Of a stretch of 64,000 bases of DNA, positions 8,520 to 16,679 are shown one piece after another. The notes beneath the pieces were generated by a model that saw only the letters and a program-made list of their open reading frames with translations, did not search any database and was not told where the DNA came from. The stretch spans positions 4,771 to 68,770 of the forward strand of contig DATJRJ010000129.1 of assembly GCA_035504735.1 (NCBI GenBank), given 5' to 3'. Each line of letters begins with the position of its first letter. Position 1 is the stretch's first letter. The translations under genes and the position numbers were made by a program. The DNA comes from Candidatus Binataceae bacterium. GTDB lineage: Bacteria; Desulfobacterota; Binatia; Binatales; Binataceae.

Positions 8520-9878
8520 GTGGCAGCCGCGGCACCTACCGCCATAGCCCCGACCTATACCGATATCGATCGTCAGGTGCGCAGCGTGCTGGCGCCCGGC
8601 GGACTCCAGTATTGGGCATGGATCTGCTTCTGCGCGTTTTTCGTCTGTATCGGAGCCTCGCTCTGGGCCAACCAGATTTACCGCGGCCTGGGCGTTAGCG
8701 GCCTGAAGCAGCCCACGATGTGGGCCGTGTATATCACCAACTTCGTTTTCTGGGTCGGAATTGCGCACTCCGGCACGCTCATCTCCGCGATCCTCTTCCT
8801 GTTCCGCACCCGCTGGCGCACCGCGGTTTACCGGTTGGCGGAAACGATGACGGTGTTCGCGGTGCTGACCGCCGGGCTGTTCCCGGTCATCCATCTCGGC
8901 CGCCCCTGGTTCTTCTACTGGCTGTTGCCCTATCCGAATGAACGCTCGTTGCAGCCCGATTTTCGCTCGCCGCTGGTGTGGGACGCTTTTGCGGTCTCGA
9001 CCTACCTGACCATCAGCACCCTGTTCCTGTTCATGGGACTGATTCCCGACGTCGCCAACGCGCGCGACGCGGCCAAGGGCTGGCGCAAGACCTTCTACTC
9101 GATCGTATCGATGGGATGGCAGGGAACCGACCGCCAATGGCGCCATTTCTCGATGGCCTATCTGCTGCTGGCCGGCTTCGCCACGCCGCTGGTGATCTCG
9201 GTGCACAGCGTGGTGTCCTGGGACTTCGCGATGGCGCAGTTGCCGGGCTGGCACAGCACGATCTTCGCCCCCTATTTTGTCGCCGGTGCGATTTTCTCGG
9301 GGGTCGCGATGGTGCTGACGCTGCTTATCCCGATCCGCAAGATCATGGGGCTCGAGGATCTCATCACGCCCTGGCATCTCGACAATCTGGCCAAGGTCAT
9401 CCTGTTGACCTCGCTGGTCATCACGTACTCTTACACCTGCGAATCCTTCATGGTCTGGTACACCCATGATCCGTTCGAGGTCGTGACCTTCAATCAGCGC
9501 TACTTCGGGCCGCAAGGCTATCTTTTCTGGGTGATGGTGCTGTGCAACTGCCTGATCCCGTTGCTGCTGTTCTCGCCGCGGGTCCGGATCAATCCGGTCT
9601 GGCTATTCATCATCTCGCTGTTCGTCAACGTCGGGATGTGGACCGAGCGGTTCGTGATTATCGCCGGCTCGCTGGCGACCAATACCGAGCCGTCGCAGTG
9701 GCACTTCTTCACGCCCTCTATCACTGAGATTTTCATAACGGTGGGAAGCTTCGCCTGGTTCCTGATGCTGTTCTCGCTGTTTGCACGCTTCCTGCCGATC
9801 ATCTCGATGACCGAGTTGAAGGAAGGCATCCGCTACCTGCGCGAAGCGCTGCGCGACAACTACCGGAGGGCGGCATGA
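8520..9878 (+). CDS. actC: Alternative Complex III membrane subunit ActC (NrfD/PsrC-like)
   Basis: 452-aa polytopic membrane protein. Its GTG start follows the actB TAA immediately. NrfD-like sequence and operon position support the call. Confidence 0.9.
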   Translation: MAAAAPTAIAPTYTDIDRQVRSVLAPGGLQYWAWICFCAFFVCIGASLWANQIYRGLGVSGLKQPTMWAVYITNFVFWVGIAHSGTLISAILFLFRTRWRTAVYRLAETMTVFAVLTAGLFPVIHLGRPWFFYWLLPYPNERSLQPDFRSPLVWDAFAVSTYLTISTLFLFMGLIPDVANARDAAKGWRKTFYSIVSMGWQGTDRQWRHFSMAYLLLAGFATPLVISVHSVVSWDFAMAQLPGWHSTIFAPYFVAGAIFSGVAMVLTLLIPIRKIMGLEDLITPWHLDNLAKVILLTSLVITYSYTCESFMVWYTHDPFEVVTFNQRYFGPQGYLFWVMVLCNCLIPLLLFSPRVRINPVWLFIISLFVNVGMWTERFVIIAGSLATNTEPSQWHFFTPSITEIFITVGSFAWFLMLFSLFARFLPIISMTELKEGIRYLREALRDNYRRAA

Positions 9879-10417
9879 GCGAGGTACGGGTGGTCGCCTC
9901 GTTTACCGACGAGGAGCAGTGCGTGCATGCGCTCGAGCGTCTGCTCGCGGACGGCGTCCGCCCGCGGGTCTTCTCGCCGATTCCGAGCGAAAAGATTAAC
10001 CACGCTCTATACGTGAAGCGCAGTCACGTGCGGGGCTGGGTGCTGACCGGCGGTATCTTCGGCGCTCTCTCCGGTTTTGCAATCACGCTCGGGACTTCCT
10101 ATGAATGGGGCCTTAACGCTGGCGGCAAGCCGATCGCCTCGATACCGCCATACCTGATTATCGTCTTCGAGCTCATGATCCTGTGCGGCGGTATCGCCGG
10201 TGTGCTTGGCTTCTTCTCCAACGCGCGAGTGCCGGCGCTGGACCCGATCGAGGGCTATAGCAATCATTTCAGCGGCGATCGGTTCGGGATCATGGTGATT
10301 TGCGATGAGGCTGAGGGCGGCAAAATGGAGACCCTGCTCAAGGAGAGCGGCGCCGCCGAGGTTACCAGCGAGACGCTTTACTCTGCGGAGCTATCGCCAG
10401 GGCATGCGGCCCATTAG
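9875..10417 (+). CDS. actD: Alternative Complex III subunit ActD (DUF3341-like)
   Basis: 180 aa with two central TM helices. Its start overlaps the actC stop in ATGA. The position between actC and actF matches ACIII clusters. Confidence 0.8.
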   Translation: MSEVRVVASFTDEEQCVHALERLLADGVRPRVFSPIPSEKINHALYVKRSHVRGWVLTGGIFGALSGFAITLGTSYEWGLNAGGKPIASIPPYLIIVFELMILCGGIAGVLGFFSNARVPALDPIEGYSNHFSGDRFGIMVICDEAEGGKMETLLKESGAAEVTSETLYSAELSPGHAAH

Positions 10418-10512
10418 GGCCGGCCGCCGGGGTTTCGACGCCCTGACCGGTGATAGACCGATGATCGAAAATGACGACTGAGATGACTCAGACGAGATAA
10501 GGCCGGGCAAAA

Positions 10513-11727
10513 ATGAGTTCCAACTCAGAATCTACATCGCGGGCCACCGCGCCGCAGGCGCACGAACCGATTCAGCTCTCGCTCGGCTTCTGGACGGTGC
10601 TGGCGGCCGTGCTGGTGGTGATCGGACTGGCGGGATTTTTCCTGGCGCTATGGATGGGCCTGGCCGCACGGGCCTGGCAGGCCTACCTGGTAAATCTGCT
10701 GTTCTGGACCAGTATCGCGCAGGGCGGGGTGATAGTCTCCACCGCCTTCTACCTGAGTCAGGGCCGCTGGGCGGGACCGGCGCAGTACCGGCTCGCGGAG
10801 ATGTTCGTCGGCTTCATTCCGCTGGGCTTCCTGCTGTTCTGGGGGATGTGGGCGGGACGCGCCGCGATCTTTCCCTGGGTGCTGCATCCGGTGGCACTGA
10901 AGGCGTCATGGCTGAATGCGCCGTTTCTATTTGCCCGCGATGGGGCTGGACTGTTGCTCCTGACGCTGCTCAGCCTGTGGTTTGTGTCGGCTTCGCGACG
11001 CGAGGTGGTGCGGGAGTGGGCCAGGACGCCCCATAATATCGAGCTGCCGCCCAATATCATGCGGCGGCTATCGCCGGCCGTCGCCCTATGCTTTGCGTTC
11101 GTCTACTCGCTGTTGGCTTTCGACCTGATCATGTCGCTCTCTCCCCGATGGCATAGCACGCTGTTCGGCGCCTGGTTCTTCGCCACCGCGTTCTGGAGCG
11201 GGATCGTGGCGATGGCGCTGACCGCGATAATCCTGCAGGCCGTGTTCGGCGACCGCATCGTGTTTTTCAACCGGCGCGTGCAGCATGACCTCGGCAAGAT
11301 GGTATTCGCCTTCTCGATCTTCTGGGTATACCTGCTTTTCTCCCAATACCTGGTGATCTGGTATGGCGATCTGCCGGCGGAAACCTTCTTCATCGTGCGG
11401 CGCTCGATAATGCCATGGGTGCCGTTCTCAATCGCGATGATCACGCTGGTTTGGGGGCTGCCGTTTTTCGTCCTGCTGGGCGTCCGGCCCAAGCGCACGC
11501 CGAAGATCCTCGGCACCATCGCGCTGCTCGGACTGGTCGGAATCTACCTCGAAGACTATGTGTTAACCATCCCATCGCTTTCGCCCACCGTGGTGCCTTA
11601 TGGATGGGTCGAAGCGGTGGTGACGATCGGGTTCCTCGGCGCCTTCGCACTCTGCGCCTTTCCGGGGCTGCGGCGCGTTATAGAGGCGGGTTCAGGGCCG
11701 TTTGCCCCCACTGGAGAGCTGGAATGA
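10513..11727 (+). CDS. actF: Alternative Complex III membrane subunit ActF (second NrfD-like subunit)
   Basis: 404-aa polytopic membrane protein, a paralogue-like counterpart of ActC. Its stop overlaps the coxB start in ATGA. Confidence 0.8.
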   Translation: MSSNSESTSRATAPQAHEPIQLSLGFWTVLAAVLVVIGLAGFFLALWMGLAARAWQAYLVNLLFWTSIAQGGVIVSTAFYLSQGRWAGPAQYRLAEMFVGFIPLGFLLFWGMWAGRAAIFPWVLHPVALKASWLNAPFLFARDGAGLLLLTLLSLWFVSASRREVVREWARTPHNIELPPNIMRRLSPAVALCFAFVYSLLAFDLIMSLSPRWHSTLFGAWFFATAFWSGIVAMALTAIILQAVFGDRIVFFNRRVQHDLGKMVFAFSIFWVYLLFSQYLVIWYGDLPAETFFIVRRSIMPWVPFSIAMITLVWGLPFFVLLGVRPKRTPKILGTIALLGLVGIYLEDYVLTIPSLSPTVVPYGWVEAVVTIGFLGAFALCAFPGLRRVIEAGSGPFAPTGELE

Positions 11728-12770
11728 GACCCGCCTACGGATTAAAAAGCATCGCCGGCCGGCTCGCCCTGGCGATTGCGGCGGCCGGCACGCTGGCTGC
11801 CTGCCAGCCGTTCAACGCGCCGATGGATACGCTGTCCACCAATTCCGATCTCGGGAAGTGGATCTACTCGCTGTTCCTGCAGATAACGATCTGGGATTCG
11901 ATCGTGATGGTGATCGTGATCGTCGCCCTGTTACTTGCGATCTTCGTCTTTTCCACTCGCGAGGGTGAGCCGGGCGAGCCATCGGAGCACGAATCGGACT
12001 TGATGCTCGAGCTGGCCTGGACGGTCGGCCCGGCGTTGATCCTGATGTTCATCACGATTCCGACCATCCACACCATCATCAAGACCCAGCCCTCGAAATG
12101 GCCGGCCGACACGCTTACCGTCCAGGTCCGGGCTCATCAGTGGTGGTGGGAATTCGACTACCCGGGCTTCAAAATCCAGACCGCAGACGAACTCCACCTT
12201 CCTGAGTACCAGGTAGTTCATCTGGAGCTTCTTTCGGAGGACATCATCCATAGCTTCTGGGTGCCGGCGCTCGGCGGCAAGCGCGACGTGATTCCGGGAC
12301 AGATTAATCAGATTACGCTCATACCCAACACCACCGGCGAATTCTATGGACAATGCGCCGAATTCTGCGGGCTTTCCCACGCCAACATGCGGTTCCGGGT
12401 AGTCGTCGATACGCCCGATGGCTTCAAGCGATGGGTTGCAGCCCAGCAGGCTCCGCCGGCCGAGCCGACCTCACCGGCGGCGATCGCGGGCGAGAAGATC
12501 TTCAAGGACGCGCCCTGCGCGATTTGTCATCAAATCCGCGGGATTTCCGGGTTTTCCCTCCAATACAAATACGGCTTTCGCGGCCCCGATTTGACTCACT
12601 TCGCGAGCCGGGGAACGCTCGCTGGTTCGATCTTTCCCAACACACCGGAGAACGTTGCGCTCTGGATTCAGGATCCGGATAAAGTCAAACCCGGGGCGGA
12701 GATGCCGACCTTGGGACTGCGCGGCACAGATTTGCAGGATCTGGTGGCCTATCTCGAGAGCCTGAAATAG
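11724..12770 (+). CDS. coxB: caa3-type cytochrome c oxidase subunit II with C-terminal cytochrome c domain
   Basis: CuA motif (CAEFCGLSHANM) and a C-terminal CAICH haem c site. A lipoprotein-like signal is present (MRPAYGLKSIAGRLALAIAAAGTLAAC). The track ORF begins at 11415 inside actF. The ATG at 11724 overlaps the actF stop and is preferred. Confidence 0.9.
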   Translation: MRPAYGLKSIAGRLALAIAAAGTLAACQPFNAPMDTLSTNSDLGKWIYSLFLQITIWDSIVMVIVIVALLLAIFVFSTREGEPGEPSEHESDLMLELAWTVGPALILMFITIPTIHTIIKTQPSKWPADTLTVQVRAHQWWWEFDYPGFKIQTADELHLPEYQVVHLELLSEDIIHSFWVPALGGKRDVIPGQINQITLIPNTTGEFYGQCAEFCGLSHANMRFRVVVDTPDGFKRWVAAQQAPPAEPTSPAAIAGEKIFKDAPCAICHQIRGISGFSLQYKYGFRGPDLTHFASRGTLAGSIFPNTPENVALWIQDPDKVKPGAEMPTLGLRGTDLQDLVAYLESLK

Positions 12771-12779
12771 GAAGTTGCG

Positions 12780-15257
12780 ATGGCTGCTCAACCAAAAACG
12801 CTAGGATTCGAGTACCCCAACTATCTTCAGGAGCCGCGAGGCATCTGGAGCTGGCTAACCACCGTCGATCATAAGCGCGTCGCCGTCCTCTACGCCGTCA
12901 GCGCGCTCTTTTTTATGGGAGTGGGCGGCCTCGAGGCGATGTTGATGCGGGGCCAGTTGATGGTGCCCAACAACCATTTTCTGTCGGCCGGCATCTATAA
13001 CGAGCTGTTCACGATGCATGGCACCACGATGATTTTCCTGGTCGTGATGCCGATCGAGCTGGGCTTTTTCGCCAACTTCTTCATCCCGCTGCAGATTGGC
13101 GCGCGCGACGTCGCCTTCCCGCGACTCAACGCGCTCTCCTACTGGGTCTTCCTCGCCGGTGCCATCTTCATGCACCTCGGCCTGTTCTACAGCATCGCCG
13201 GGCTGCCCGACGCAGGATGGTTCGGCTACGCCAACCTGACCGAGCGCATGTACTCGCCCGGCATCAACATCGATACTTGGGATATCGGACTTCTGATCCT
13301 CGGCGTTTCGACCTTGCTGAGCGGCCTCAATTTCTTCGTCACTATCGTCAACATGCGCGCGCCCGGCATGACCTTCATGCGCATGCCGTTGTTCATGTGG
13401 GCGATGCTGGTAACGACGATTCTGATCCTGCTGGCCTTTCCGGCGCTGACCGTCGGGCTGATCTTCCTGTTCGCAGACCGCTTCCTGGATACGCATTTCT
13501 TCCAGGTCTCGGCCGGCGCGACCCCGATTCTGTGGCAGCACCTGTTCTGGATCTTCGGCCATCCCGAGGTCTACATCATGGCGCTGCCGGCCTTCGGCAT
13601 CATCTCGGAGGTCATCCCGCCGTTCGCGCGCAAGCCCCTGTTCGGCTACCCGATGATGGCCTACTCGCTGGTGCTGATCGGGTTCCTGTCCTACGGCGTC
13701 TGGGGCCATCACATGTTTGCGACCGGGATGGGTCCGATTGCCGACAGCACCTTCGCGATTACGACGATGCTGATCGCGATTCCGACCGGCATCAAGATTT
13801 TCAGTTGGATAGCAACCGTCTGGGGCGGGCGTCTGCGCTTCACCACCGCGATGCTCTTCGCGCTCGGCTTTCTGATCGAGTTCACGGCCGGGGGCCTAAG
13901 CGGTGTTATGCACGCGAGCCCGCCGGTCGACCTGCAGCAGACCGATTCTTACATCGTGGTTGCGCATTTCCACTACGTATTGTTCGGCGGCATGATGATG
14001 GGAATCCTGGCGGGCTTTTACTACTGGTGGCCGAAGATCACCGGACGCCTGCTCAATGAAACAATCGGCAAGTGGCAGTTCTGGATCACCGCCTGGGCGT
14101 TTAACGCCACTTTCTTCCCGATGCACTTTCTCGGCACGCTCGGGATGCCGCGGCGTATCTACACCTACGCGCCGCACATGGGCTGGGATTTCTGGAACTA
14201 CTTCGAGAGTATCAACGCCTTCATCCTGGGCTTTTCCTTCCTGCTCTTCTTCATCAACCTCATCTGGAGCACGCTGCGCGGCGAGCACGCTTCCTCAGAT
14301 CCATGGGACGCGCGCACGCTGGAATGGTCGGTGCCGTCGCCGCCGCCGGCGTTCAATTATGTAACCGTGCCGATCGTTACCGCGCGCGACGCCTTCTGGG
14401 TGCGCAAGTACGGCGGCGTGGCCGCGCATGGCGTCGCAGCACCGATCGCTGGTGGCGCGGCGGCCGTACCGGTCGGGGCCCCGGCCGAAGTGCATGAGCA
14501 AATTCACATGCCGGCGCCGTCGCTCTATCCGCTGATCTTCGCGCTCGGCGTCTTCATGATGGGGCTCGGATGCCTGATCTGGACGCGGCTCATCCTGATC
14601 GGCGGAACGATCACCCTGATGAGCATCATTGGAATGCTCTTCGAGTATCCGGCTTGGGGCCGGTTCAATCCGGAAATGCTCGCCGAGAGCACGCTGGGCC
14701 TGGACAATCGCAAACTCGGTATCTGGGCCTTCCTGGGTTCAGAATGCGTCTTCTTCGCATCTTTGATCTCGACCTACATGGTCTACAAGGACCGCAACAT
14801 GGGCGGTCACGACGCGATGATTCTCAACATCCCGCTGACCTCGTTCAGCACCTTTGTCCTGCTGACTTCGAGCTTGCTGATGGTGTTGGCGCTGGCCGCG
14901 GTGCAACGCGATGATCGCAAATGGGGCGCCTTCTGGCTCTTCGGCACCGCCTTCTTCGGCCTGATCTTCCTGGGCGGCCAGGCCTTTGAGTTCACCGACT
15001 TCGTGCTGCAGGGCCTCAAGATTCAGACCAACCTGTTCGGCCAGTGTTTCTATACGCTGGTCGGCTTCCACGGTATTCACGTTCTGATCGGGGTGTGCTG
15101 GCTGCTGGTGCTGGCGTTCGCAACCGCCGGCGGCAAGATTGGCAAGGACCGCAGCCTCGCGGTCGAGATCGGCGGCCTTTACTGGCACTTCGTCGATATC
15201 GTATGGGTGGTTATCTTCACACTGGTATACCTGATGCGGACGGTGAAACACGCATGA
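12780..15257 (+). CDS. coxA: cytochrome c oxidase subunit I fused to subunit III
   Basis: 825 aa. The N-terminal ~540 aa are typical haem-copper oxidase subunit I (WFFGHPEVY-type region: LFWIFGHPEVYIMALPAFG; HHMF). The C-terminal ~200 aa are subunit III-like (FHGIHVLIG, YWHFVDIVW). Confidence 0.9.
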   Translation: MAAQPKTLGFEYPNYLQEPRGIWSWLTTVDHKRVAVLYAVSALFFMGVGGLEAMLMRGQLMVPNNHFLSAGIYNELFTMHGTTMIFLVVMPIELGFFANFFIPLQIGARDVAFPRLNALSYWVFLAGAIFMHLGLFYSIAGLPDAGWFGYANLTERMYSPGINIDTWDIGLLILGVSTLLSGLNFFVTIVNMRAPGMTFMRMPLFMWAMLVTTILILLAFPALTVGLIFLFADRFLDTHFFQVSAGATPILWQHLFWIFGHPEVYIMALPAFGIISEVIPPFARKPLFGYPMMAYSLVLIGFLSYGVWGHHMFATGMGPIADSTFAITTMLIAIPTGIKIFSWIATVWGGRLRFTTAMLFALGFLIEFTAGGLSGVMHASPPVDLQQTDSYIVVAHFHYVLFGGMMMGILAGFYYWWPKITGRLLNETIGKWQFWITAWAFNATFFPMHFLGTLGMPRRIYTYAPHMGWDFWNYFESINAFILGFSFLLFFINLIWSTLRGEHASSDPWDARTLEWSVPSPPPAFNYVTVPIVTARDAFWVRKYGGVAAHGVAAPIAGGAAAVPVGAPAEVHEQIHMPAPSLYPLIFALGVFMMGLGCLIWTRLILIGGTITLMSIIGMLFEYPAWGRFNPEMLAESTLGLDNRKLGIWAFLGSECVFFASLISTYMVYKDRNMGGHDAMILNIPLTSFSTFVLLTSSLLMVLALAAVQRDDRKWGAFWLFGTAFFGLIFLGGQAFEFTDFVLQGLKIQTNLFGQCFYTLVGFHGIHVLIGVCWLLVLAFATAGGKIGKDRSLAVEIGGLYWHFVDIVWVVIFTLVYLMRTVKHA

Positions 15258-15607
15258 GCGACTACGCAATCGAACATGGCCAGCCGGCTTTGAGAGAGGA
15301 TCCGCACGACGCGCATCCGGGACCCGCCGTTTACCTCGTAATCGCCGGCATTCTCACGGTGCTGACGGCGGCCGAGATTACGGTCTTTTATGTGTCGGCG
15401 CTGCAACCGGTGCTGGTGCCGATTCTGCTGGTGCTGGCGGCGGTAAAATTTGCTTTCGTCGGAGGGTTCTACATGCACCTCTATTACGACAGCAAAGTTT
15501 TTACGATTTTCTTCGGCGGTCCGCTGATGCTGGCGTTCCTGATCGTATTGAGCCTGCTGCTCCTGTTCTGGCATCTCTCGGGTGTCCTCTCGTTCACGGT
15601 GCCATGA
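15254..15607 (+). CDS. cytochrome c oxidase subunit IV-like small membrane protein
   Basis: The ATG at 15254 overlaps the coxA stop (ATGA). It encodes 117 aa with three predicted TM helices (MSDYAIEHGQ...VYLVIAGILTVLTAAEITVFYV...). The track ORF from 15044 overlaps coxA and is rejected. Confidence 0.7.
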   Translation: MSDYAIEHGQPALREDPHDAHPGPAVYLVIAGILTVLTAAEITVFYVSALQPVLVPILLVLAAVKFAFVGGFYMHLYYDSKVFTIFFGGPLMLAFLIVLSLLLLFWHLSGVLSFTVP

Positions 15608-15630
15608 GATAAGCGGCGCGCGGTTCCCCG

Positions 15631-16449
15631 ATGCACGAATATAGCCCTGACGTAATGATTGGGATTATCGCGCTCGCAGCGATCTATGCGGGCGCGGCGA
15701 AGCTGCTCGGGCGGCGCTTCACGGCGCGCCAGCTCTTCGCGTTGGGGCTTGGCCTGACCGTGATGTTCTTCGCGCTGACCGGACCGATCGACCAATACGT
15801 CCGCGAGCGCTCCTTCTCGCTCTATATCTTCCAGCAGATGCTGCTGGTGTTCGTGATTCCGCCGCTGTTGCTGCTCGGCACACCCGACTGGATGGCACGC
15901 CCGATCTTTACGCGGCGCTGGATCGAACGGCCGTGGCGGTTTGCGACCCGGCCGGTGGTGGCGTTTCTGACCTTCTCTTCCACTTTCACCCTGATCCACT
16001 ATCCGCTGCTGTGCGACCAGGTCTGCCACGTCCGCCCACAGTACGGCGATATCCGCGAGGTGCTGCTGATCGTCGGGATTCTGCTCTGGTGGCCGCTGCT
16101 GAGCCCGCTGCCGGAGTTTCCGCGGCTCTCGTACCCGATTCAGATCATGTATCTGTTTTTGCTTATGATTCCGATGACCGCGGTGGCCGCGCCGATCACG
16201 ATGGCTGAGACGGTGCTCTACATGTTCTACCGCATCGAGCCGCATCCATTCGGTTTGACGGCGCACGCCGATCAGGTCCTCGGCGGCCTCATCATGTGGG
16301 TCGGGCAGGGCGTCTATTTGATGTGTATTTTCACTGCGATTTTCTTTCGCTGGTCGCGGCGCGATGATCGCGAGGTTCCGGCGATCAACCTGCGCACACC
16401 CGAGCTGCGCACGCCCGAACTTCGCGTCGTCCGGCGCCCGACCGCCTGA
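15631..16449 (+). CDS. ctaG: cytochrome c oxidase assembly factor CtaG (caa3-type, membrane)
   Basis: 272-aa polytopic membrane protein immediately after the oxidase genes. The sequence style matches the Caa3_CtaG family. The C-terminus contains the tandem LRTPE-LRTPE. Confidence 0.7.
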   Translation: MHEYSPDVMIGIIALAAIYAGAAKLLGRRFTARQLFALGLGLTVMFFALTGPIDQYVRERSFSLYIFQQMLLVFVIPPLLLLGTPDWMARPIFTRRWIERPWRFATRPVVAFLTFSSTFTLIHYPLLCDQVCHVRPQYGDIREVLLIVGILLWWPLLSPLPEFPRLSYPIQIMYLFLLMIPMTAVAAPITMAETVLYMFYRIEPHPFGLTAHADQVLGGLIMWVGQGVYLMCIFTAIFFRWSRRDDREVPAINLRTPELRTPELRVVRRPTA

Positions 16450-16568
16450 ATCTTCGGTTTTTAATCGAAAAATCCGCTCACGCCGCATATATCGATCGGG
16501 AGAGTTGCCTGGCGATCCCCCGATGGCTAGCCTTTAATTATCTAGTGAAAAGAAGTAAGACTTAAGTA

Positions 16569-16591
16569 TCGATTAAGATATTCTTAATCGA
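16569..16591. repeat. perfect 9-bp inverted repeat TCGATTAAG-ATATT-CTTAATCGA in an AT-rich spacer (possible operator)
   Basis: Read directly from the sequence. A third copy of TTAATCGA lies at 16461-16468. The spacer 16450-16679 is much more AT-rich than its surroundings. Confidence 0.3.
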
Positions 16592-16679
16592 CAGCCGGTT
16601 ACTCAGGTGCGTTGTTCCGGATCGTAGCGGAACATGCCGCCGCATCCGGGATCGCGCGGGCTCCGCAAGGAGGTCAGTC

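Noticed and set aside
7611-9515. 634-aa minus-strand ORF, the longest unexplained ORF in the track
   Set aside because: It lies entirely antisense to actB/actC, whose products have unmistakable family signatures. Its translation is Arg/Gly/His/Pro/Asp-rich low-complexity sequence, typical of shadow ORFs in GC-rich DNA.
11415-11723. N-terminal 103-codon extension of the coxB ORF, with similar upstream extensions for subunit IV (15044), purQ (42350), accA (57372), GFA (22312), rpsF (31682) and the AGXT-like gene (50244)
   Set aside because: The extensions overlap the preceding gene, translate to Arg/Pro-rich junk and lack an RBS. Internal starts coincide with ATGA/GTGA coupling or a clear Shine-Dalgarno and with the expected protein N-termini.
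12855-13712. 285-aa minus ORF, and similar ones at 15484..16488, 24891..25961, 45289..46218, 62673..63389 and 50025..50957
   Set aside because: All are antisense or out of frame relative to confidently identified genes (coxA, ctaG, the acyltransferase, the beta-helix gene, rpsA, the AGXT-like gene). All have His/Arg/Asp/Gln- or Arg/Ala-biased composition.
16390-16419. Tandem 15-nt direct repeat (CTGCGCACACCCGAG / CTGCGCACGCCCGAA) encoding LRTPE-LRTPE at the CtaG C-terminus
   Set aside because: There are only two copies, in frame and inside a cytoplasmic tail. It is most likely a trivial slippage duplication with no evident function.
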